33,592 bases of DNA, taken from positions 1-33,592 of IMG/VR virus record IMGVR_UViG_3300032143_000008; one strand, given 5' to 3'. This stretch comes from a virus (lineage: Duplodnaviria; Caudoviricetes). The notes below the pieces were generated by a model. It worked only from the letters and a program-made list of their open reading frames with translations. It was not told where the DNA came from and did no database searches. The position numbers and the translations under genes are program-made. Shown piece after piece: positions 27,900 through 33,592 of the stretch; the first letter of the stretch is position 1, and the number at the start of each line of letters is the position of its first letter.

Positions 27900-27928
27900 A
27901 AAATAATATATTTTAATTAAAAAGTCAA
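27900..27928 (-). promoter_or_regulatory. sigma70-type promoter TTGACT-N17-TATTTT upstream of cca
   Basis: Same -35 as the other minus-strand promoters, 17-nt spacer. Confidence 0.55.
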
Positions 27929-27940
27929 CCTATTTTTTAA

Positions 27941-28849
27941 TTATATTTCTCCTAGTCTATTAAATTCTCTATAAGCAAGTTCTAAATCATCTCCAAAAAC
28001 TCTTTTATAATCATTTTTACTTGGATAATTTTGATTATCTTTAATAAATTTTCTAAGATAATTATGAATTGTATTTTTGATTCCGTTCATTCCAAAAAAG
28101 CCCTTTCCAACTGCTTCATTACTTTCTAAATTTTTCATTATATCATCTCTCAATTTTTTCATATAATCACCATCTATATTTAAATGTAACCGTAATTCAT
28201 ATCCAATATCATCATCATCTAAAAAAGCTAAAGCAGCATCATTTAATTTTTTAATAAATTTATCTCCTCTAAGCGGCTCTAATGATTGTTTATATAACTT
28301 TGCAATTTTTTCTAATCTATTTACAATATTTTGTCCTTTAGTTGCAAGTTCTCCTTTTTTAACAGATATATCTGCACCCCTTTTAATAAAATTTTGTATA
28401 GTGTCTTGATAATCTCCACCCATAGCATTTACCATTAATTTTTTTCCACCATATGCTATAAATTTTTTATATGCTTCTAATTTTTGTTTTGTATATTCCT
28501 GATTTTCTGGATAAAAATACTCATTACCCCATGAACAAACAGATATATAATCATCTTTAGGGACTAGTTTTTTCTTATAATAATATTCCTGTAATACATC
28601 ATAACCTGTTCGATGTTCATCTGCTATAGCAATTGGAATAATATTATTGGTTTTTAATCCAATTAAGATATATCTTACTTGATCCCATTGTCCAATTTTC
28701 TGTCCTTTAGTAGCACTGTTAGCTGCTAAGATTTTAGCTTTCCAATTTTTAGCATTAGACATATCTCCAGTTATTTCAAAATTCTTTTGAATTTTTTCTG
28801 GAATAATAAATTGTTCTTTAGCTTCTTTATAATATTGTGAAAATTTCAT
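27941..28849 (-). CDS. hypothetical protein with N-terminal tag MKFSQYYKE
   Basis: ORF track. Confidence 0.75.
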   Translation of the reverse strand: MKFSQYYKEAKEQFIIPEKIQKNFEITGDMSNAKNWKAKILAANSATKGQKIGQWDQVRYILIGLKTNNIIPIAIADEHRTGYDVLQEYYYKKKLVPKDDYISVCSWGNEYFYPENQEYTKQKLEAYKKFIAYGGKKLMVNAMGGDYQDTIQNFIKRGADISVKKGELATKGQNIVNRLEKIAKLYKQSLEPLRGDKFIKKLNDAALAFLDDDDIGYELRLHLNIDGDYMKKLRDDIMKNLESNEAVGKGFFGMNGIKNTIHNYLRKFIKDNQNYPSKNDYKRVFGDDLELAYREFNRLGEI

Positions 28850-29875
28850 TTAATAATCTCCATAACCATATTCGATATATCTAGCCGCAGTTTTTGGTTT
28901 CATCTTTTTAAAATCATCCATACTATAAACTTCATCTGCTGGTTTTATAGCAACATAAATATTTTTAATAAAGACAGGTTTAATATTTCCTTTATAACCA
29001 TAGATACCAAATTCTTTAGATAAGCTCATAGGTTTACTTTTATATGTTCTTTTATGACTTTGAACATGATAATCATAAAATTCATGTGCTCCAGTTTCTC
29101 CTTCGACATCATAATCGGCAATCATTAAATCTTTATCTGGTATTTTAAATTCTAATATAATAGGAATTCCACCCTTCTTATTAGCAGTCATTATAGAATG
29201 CCCCATTGCTTCACCTATTAAAGTTGTAAAGAAAATTTTATCTGGATGTTGTATCCCTTGTTTTAGCCAATTAGATTCTCTCTCGTCAGGTCTAAGTCCT
29301 TTTCTTAAAATTCCATCTAAATATTTTGAAGTTGTTCCATGATAAGCAATATCTGATATTTCTCCAACTATTTTCTTTTTAGTAACTTTAATATCACTGT
29401 CTCCATGAGAAACAGTAACAGACTTTAATTTTAAAGTATCTACAACTTTCTTGACAAGAATAGAAGATTTAGGGTCTAATTTAAAAGATGAATAATTTTG
29501 AACATATAAGACTTTATCATGTATGCTTCCGACTAAAACATCTGGATATCTTTCACTAATTTCTTGCATAAGCGAATATACATCTGATGAATCATTATAT
29601 TCTTCAAAATTTAAATTAGTTGCTATTTCATCTTTAATATTTTGAATATTTGGATCATCATCGTTTAAAAAATAAATCCATTTATCAAATGCTATAATCA
29701 CATCATTGTTTTTATCTCCAACAACAACCATTTCATTAATAGCTTCATCATCTTCAAATTGAGTAACGGATGCATCATAAGCATTCAATCTTCTTTTAAG
29801 TTTATCTTCACTAAATTGATTAAGCGAAGAATCCATTCCATTTATTGCTTCTTTAAGATGTTCTATATAACTCAT
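28850..29875 (-). CDS. putative ADP-ribosyltransferase-fold (Tpt1/KptA-like motif) protein
   Basis: Start ATG 29875 (MSYIEHLKE, AAGGAG RBS); AYHGTT...ILRKGL.P, IFFTT, ILEF.IP. Confidence 0.6.
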   Translation of the reverse strand: MSYIEHLKEAINGMDSSLNQFSEDKLKRRLNAYDASVTQFEDDEAINEMVVVGDKNNDVIIAFDKWIYFLNDDDPNIQNIKDEIATNLNFEEYNDSSDVYSLMQEISERYPDVLVGSIHDKVLYVQNYSSFKLDPKSSILVKKVVDTLKLKSVTVSHGDSDIKVTKKKIVGEISDIAYHGTTSKYLDGILRKGLRPDERESNWLKQGIQHPDKIFFTTLIGEAMGHSIMTANKKGGIPIILEFKIPDKDLMIADYDVEGETGAHEFYDYHVQSHKRTYKSKPMSLSKEFGIYGYKGNIKPVFIKNIYVAIKPADEVYSMDDFKKMKPKTAARYIEYGYGDY

Positions 29876-30024
29876 TTGATCTCCTTTAAAATACAATCAC
29901 ATAATACATATCTTGCTATAACACTTCCAGATAAACACAATGTTGCCGTTAATACACAATTATCTTGTAATGTCCATCCTTCTGCTGCTGATGTTATAGC
30001 TCCACCTATAATAGTATATTCCAT
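29872..30024 (-). CDS. small hypothetical protein (50 aa, MEYTIIGGAITS...)
   Basis: Manual ORF with TAATG and ATGA overlaps with both neighbours. Confidence 0.5.
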   Translation of the reverse strand: MEYTIIGGAITSAAEGWTLQDNCVLTATLCLSGSVIARYVLCDCILKEIK

Positions 30025-30569
30025 TATTCACCTATCTTAATAACATCAAGATAAGGTTCTAGTTTTAATAAAAACATTTTATTTTGATCTTCAAATTTTA
30101 TAAAATTATATTTATCTTTCTCTGACATATCTTCATCAAATTCTTTCCATTCGTCTTCATCTGTTTTATATTTAACAACAGCCTTAATAGGAACGTCAAA
30201 TATCTTAATAACTTTAAGATTTAAATCTTCAAAATCAATTGCTTTACCACTATCATTTGTAGCTTTGACTAAAGTACCTTCTTCTAAATTATCTAATGCT
30301 TCATTGCTTTCAACACCAATATAAAAATCATATGTATATAATGATACAGGTTTTTTAGTTGGAGTTAATTTATTATCTGTATCTAAACCTCCACCTTTTT
30401 TAAATTGAGGGGGTCGATATTTTTCTTGTTCAGGTGCGGGCAACGACCTAATAAGAACACGATTTCTTTGACCTGTCGGAGTTACGTGGTACACATATCT
30501 ATCTCGCCACGATTTTTTTGGTTTTAAATTCAATTTATATTCGTTTAAATAAAATTCTAAAAAATTCAT
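30024..30569 (-). CDS. hypothetical protein with N-terminal tag MNFLEFYLNE
   Basis: ATG 30569 with GGAG RBS. Confidence 0.7.
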   Translation of the reverse strand: MNFLEFYLNEYKLNLKPKKSWRDRYVYHVTPTGQRNRVLIRSLPAPEQEKYRPPQFKKGGGLDTDNKLTPTKKPVSLYTYDFYIGVESNEALDNLEEGTLVKATNDSGKAIDFEDLNLKVIKIFDVPIKAVVKYKTDEDEWKEFDEDMSEKDKYNFIKFEDQNKMFLLKLEPYLDVIKIGE

Positions 30570-30585
30570 TTTTGTCTCCAATTTT

Positions 30586-30677
30586 TATAAATACTTAAAA
30601 GAGGTTAGGTTTAACATTAGTAGTGCTAAACCAATCGACAGGATACTAATCGACTGTCCCTCACAATAGTATTTATA
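30586..30677 (-). ncRNA. three-way-junction RNA copy E, inverted, between convergent TATAAATA motifs
   Basis: Minus strand: TATAAATA (30677-70), GAGG GACAG TCGA-TTAGTATCCTG-TCGA TT GGTTTAGCA-CTACTAA-TGTTAAACC TAA CCTC; GTATCCT is antisense to the AGGATAC RBS (30688-94); plus-strand TATAAATA at 30586-93. Confidence 0.7.
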
Positions 30678-30697
30678 ATTTTTAATAAGGATACCAC

Positions 30698-31594
30698 ATG
30701 TATAAAAAACTTACCCAACAAGAATTTATTCAAAAAGCCAAATTAGTTCATGGTGATAAATATAATTATTCAAAAATACTTTATATTAATGCAAGAACTA
30801 AAATTGAAATCATATGCAAATTACACGAATCGTTTTTTCAAACTCCAAATAATCATTTACAAGATCATGGTTGTCCTAAATGTTCTGGTAATTTAATATC
30901 TAATACTTATGAATTTATTCAAAAAGCAAATTTAATTCACGATAATTTTTACAATTATTCCAAAACAAATTATATAAACAGTCAAACAAAAGTTTGTATA
31001 TTATGTCATGAACATGGCAATTTTTACCAAACTCCAAATGCTCATTTAAATGGAAAAGGATGTGCTAAATGTTATTCAAAAACATTAAATGATTTTATTC
31101 AAAAAGCAAATTTAATTCACAATAATTTTTACAATTATTCAAAATCAGAATATAAAAATTCAAAAACTATACTATGTATTATATGTCCCAATCATGGTGA
31201 ATTCTGGCAACAACCTAATAATCATTTAATAGGCAAAGGATGTTCAAAATGTCAAAGATCAAAAGGCGAAGAAACTATTGAAAAATGGTTAAAAGAAAAT
31301 AATATTCAATATGAAACCCAAAAACGATTTAAAGATTGTAAAAATATAAAACCTCTTCCATTTGATTTCTTTTTACCAAATCATAATATTTGTATTGAAT
31401 TTGATGGGGAACAACATTTTAAACCATCATATTTTGGCGGCAAAGAATCTGGTATTGAAAAATATAATAGAACAAAAATATCCGATAATATTAAAAATAA
31501 ATACTGTCAAATCTATAATATCTCTCTAATCAGAATACCATATTATAATCTTAATAAAATTAAAACTACATTAAAAAAATATCTTAATTTATAA
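30698..31594 (+). CDS. DUF723-like Zn-repeat plus PD-(D/E)xK endonuclease
   Basis: Three repeats; SKGEETI, PFDFFLP, CIEFDGEQHF. Confidence 0.8.
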   Translation: MYKKLTQQEFIQKAKLVHGDKYNYSKILYINARTKIEIICKLHESFFQTPNNHLQDHGCPKCSGNLISNTYEFIQKANLIHDNFYNYSKTNYINSQTKVCILCHEHGNFYQTPNAHLNGKGCAKCYSKTLNDFIQKANLIHNNFYNYSKSEYKNSKTILCIICPNHGEFWQQPNNHLIGKGCSKCQRSKGEETIEKWLKENNIQYETQKRFKDCKNIKPLPFDFFLPNHNICIEFDGEQHFKPSYFGGKESGIEKYNRTKISDNIKNKYCQIYNISLIRIPYYNLNKIKTTLKKYLNL

Positions 31595-32081
31595 TTTTAA
31601 AATCTTCGTGTTTTATATCTTGCAATGTTTGTTTAAATTGATCATACATTCTATCTATTGCATAAGAAGGAGTATTACTACGATTTATTCCCTTTTTTAT
31701 ATCTTGTTGTATTCTTTGTTTAGCTATTGCAGGATCAATATTTAATATCTTTGCTATGAGTTTACAATCTGGCAAATCCTTTATAAAAGCTCTACGATTT
31801 TTTGTATTTACATTAGTTGCATCAAGTATTACAGATTTATTCTTCTTCAAATTATCAACAACTCTTTCTTTTGCAATCTTCCATACTTCTGAATTTCTAT
31901 TCTGACAATTCACATCCCCACAAATCTCCTTACGGATTTCATCAGGAGACACAACAACATAATTATGATTCTTATTTAAAGTTGAAATATAAGTACTTTT
32001 TCCAGAACCAGATATACCAATTGGTAAAATCAATTCAGGTATTTCTTTTTCTTCTTTCAAATAATATTTTTCAAAATTCAT
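31584..32081 (-). CDS. P-loop kinase (AAA_33 / polynucleotide-kinase-like)
   Basis: GISGSGKST Walker A, SPDEIR, ILDATN..R. Confidence 0.8.
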   Translation of the reverse strand: MNFEKYYLKEEKEIPELILPIGISGSGKSTYISTLNKNHNYVVVSPDEIRKEICGDVNCQNRNSEVWKIAKERVVDNLKKNKSVILDATNVNTKNRRAFIKDLPDCKLIAKILNIDPAIAKQRIQQDIKKGINRSNTPSYAIDRMYDQFKQTLQDIKHEDFKIIN

Positions 32082-32575
32082 AAACCCAATCCTTTCAATT
32101 GTTCTATTGTACTTTTAGTATCTGTATGAAGTATCCCCATACCTCCTGCAAAAATAAATTTATCAATCTTTTCTTGAGTATCATCTATAAGAATACAATT
32201 AGGACAAGCATACTTGTGTTTATCCTTTTCTAAAATTACTTCAACATTATCTCCTAGTTCTCTACTAGTCCATATAATTTTTCCATCTCTACTAAGTTGT
32301 GATCTGGAAGGACTAGATAGAACAGTTGGATTAAATGGTTTTAAATAATCCCAAAGCTTATGTCCATCTGGCATCCATTCCATCATGGACCAGAATTCTA
32401 TTCCTTGATCTTCAATTAATTTCCATTTAGCTTTTGTTCCATACTTATTTCCATATTCATCAAAATCAAGATCAGAAAGTTTATGCCATTCTTTTTTCCA
32501 ATTTGTTAAAACTCCATCCATATCACAAAATATTTTAAAATTCTGATCTTCTGTAAAATAAAAATCTTTAAACAT
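32078..32575 (-). CDS. HAD 5'(3')-deoxyribonucleotidase-like phosphatase
   Basis: FCDMDGVL, LSSP, GK..W, ILIDD. Confidence 0.8.
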   Translation of the reverse strand: MFKDFYFTEDQNFKIFCDMDGVLTNWKKEWHKLSDLDFDEYGNKYGTKAKWKLIEDQGIEFWSMMEWMPDGHKLWDYLKPFNPTVLSSPSRSQLSRDGKIIWTSRELGDNVEVILEKDKHKYACPNCILIDDTQEKIDKFIFAGGMGILHTDTKSTIEQLKGLGL

Positions 32576-32584
32576 TATTTTTCC

Positions 32585-33325
32585 TTACCCATAAATTTTA
32601 ATAATTTTATTTTCTTTTTCTGCTGTATCTATTATTTCTTGTGCCGATTTAGAATCTATACTATAATATGTAAAAGGTGATCCTCTTTTTGGTAATCCTT
32701 TTTTATGAGAATATTTTAATAGCACAGAATTATTAGACCTTAAAATAATAAATTTAAGATTTTTATCTTTAGCATATGTCTCTAAAAAATTTAATCTTAA
32801 TAATTCATCATCTGTTAAATTTTTAAATACTGATAAAGAATATTTATCTTTTGATTGTAATATAATAACGAAAAATTCTTTTCTTTTAATGGTATCAGAA
32901 ATTTCTAAATCTTTAACATCATCTTCTAAAGGAATGTCTAAATCATATTCTTTTTTTAATTTATCTATTATTGTTTTAAAATGACTGCCATGCATTCCTC
33001 CAATATCCTTTACCATTCCTACAACTTTTAAATATGCATGAATCATTTCGTGAATTAATATTGCTTGAGTATGTTTTTCAGTTTTATTAAAAAAATTTGA
33101 AATTACTATTTCTTTAAAATGATCTAGTTCTCCTCCTTTTAAATAAAAAACTATAAAACCGCCTTTGGTTTTCATTTTATTTATTCTAATAGGTATTTTA
33201 GGAAGTTTATTAAAAAAATATTTTTTATTAAATTCGTCATATTTATCTTCTAAATACTTGACATCATAATTAAAAATATCTTCAAATATAAATTGTTCCT
33301 CTAAATAATAATCTTGAAATTTCAT
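32585..33325 (-). CDS. SprT-like zinc metalloprotease
   Basis: YDEFNKKYF...LP, ILIHEMIHAY, HGSHF. Confidence 0.8.
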   Translation of the reverse strand: MKFQDYYLEEQFIFEDIFNYDVKYLEDKYDEFNKKYFFNKLPKIPIRINKMKTKGGFIVFYLKGGELDHFKEIVISNFFNKTEKHTQAILIHEMIHAYLKVVGMVKDIGGMHGSHFKTIIDKLKKEYDLDIPLEDDVKDLEISDTIKRKEFFVIILQSKDKYSLSVFKNLTDDELLRLNFLETYAKDKNLKFIILRSNNSVLLKYSHKKGLPKRGSPFTYYSIDSKSAQEIIDTAEKENKIIKIYG

Positions 33326-33592
33326 TCTAATCTCATATCTTTAATAAATTTATTTGGCAATACTGACAATACTTTTTTCTTTTCTTGATCATTAAGTTTT
33401 TCAAAACGTTTAGTAAAAAATACTCTATATAAATCAATATCATAAAAATGTTTTAAAATTCTATCTTTATTTTTATTATTAGTCATAATTTCAACAAAGC
33501 GATCCGGCCAGTCAGGCAATTCCATTTTAAAATCTAAATGTTTATCGTCACCTTTTACCCAAGGCATTTCATTTAAATAATATTCTTTAAAA
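33322..33592 (-). CDS. hypothetical protein, 5' end beyond the window
   Basis: Frame is open to the window edge: ...FKEYYLNE-MPWVKG, carrying the same N-terminal tag. Confidence 0.65.
   Translation of the reverse strand, partial: FKEYYLNEMPWVKGDDKHLDFKMELPDWPDRFVEIMTNNKNKDRILKHFYDIDLYRVFFTKRFEKLNDQEKKKVLSVLPNKFIKDMRLE

Noticed and set aside
11646-31594. Repeated DNA within the endonuclease genes as a CRISPR array or intron
   Set aside because: The repeats are in-frame protein domain repeats without spacers; flanking genes are uninterrupted and no group I/II intron core is evident.
15016-32083. Other shadow ORFs (15016, 16008, 18649, 22889, 24029, 25234, 25685, 26406, 29759, 31817)
   Set aside because: They overlap confident genes in another frame or strand and have low-complexity translations.
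1-33592. Stop-codon reassignment, as seen in some large phages
   Set aside because: Long genes are intact in code 11, and the two broken genes end at TAA through frameshift or deletion rather than in-frame TAG/TGA. TAG is not used as a stop in the genes I checked, but that alone is not evidence of recoding.

Overview
AT-rich, gene-dense window that reads as a large (jumbo, T4-like-promoter) phage genome in the standard genetic code, with almost all genes on the minus strand. The left half (1-18.2 kb, sigma70-type promoters) holds vWA proteins, a Pol-beta-like nucleotidyltransferase, a TerY-P-like triad (vWA, PP2C, Ser/Thr kinase), a deamidating NAD salvage set (PncA, PncB, NUDIX, NadE and an internally deleted nadD), and a radical SAM enzyme followed by four genes sharing the N-terminus MKIRxG(F/Y)VSNSS(S/T)SSF. 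The right half (18.2-33.6 kb) holds about 15 unrelated proteins (ART-like, GNAT, 2H phosphoesterase, CCA-adding enzyme, P-loop kinase, HAD, SprT) sharing an N-terminal tag resembling the T4 capsid-targeting sequence. Five plus-strand Zn-repeat endonuclease genes are interspersed. Each has an upstream TATAAATA promoter and a conserved three-way-junction element (GACAG-hairpin-TT-hairpin-TWA) with a loop matching that gene's own RBS region; the element is in sense orientation in three copies and antisense, with its own promoter motif, in two. This RNA/endonuclease module, the radical SAM/leader array and the tagged effector arsenal are the best candidates for undescribed biology. All calls are from motif reading by eye; no searches or folding programs were run.
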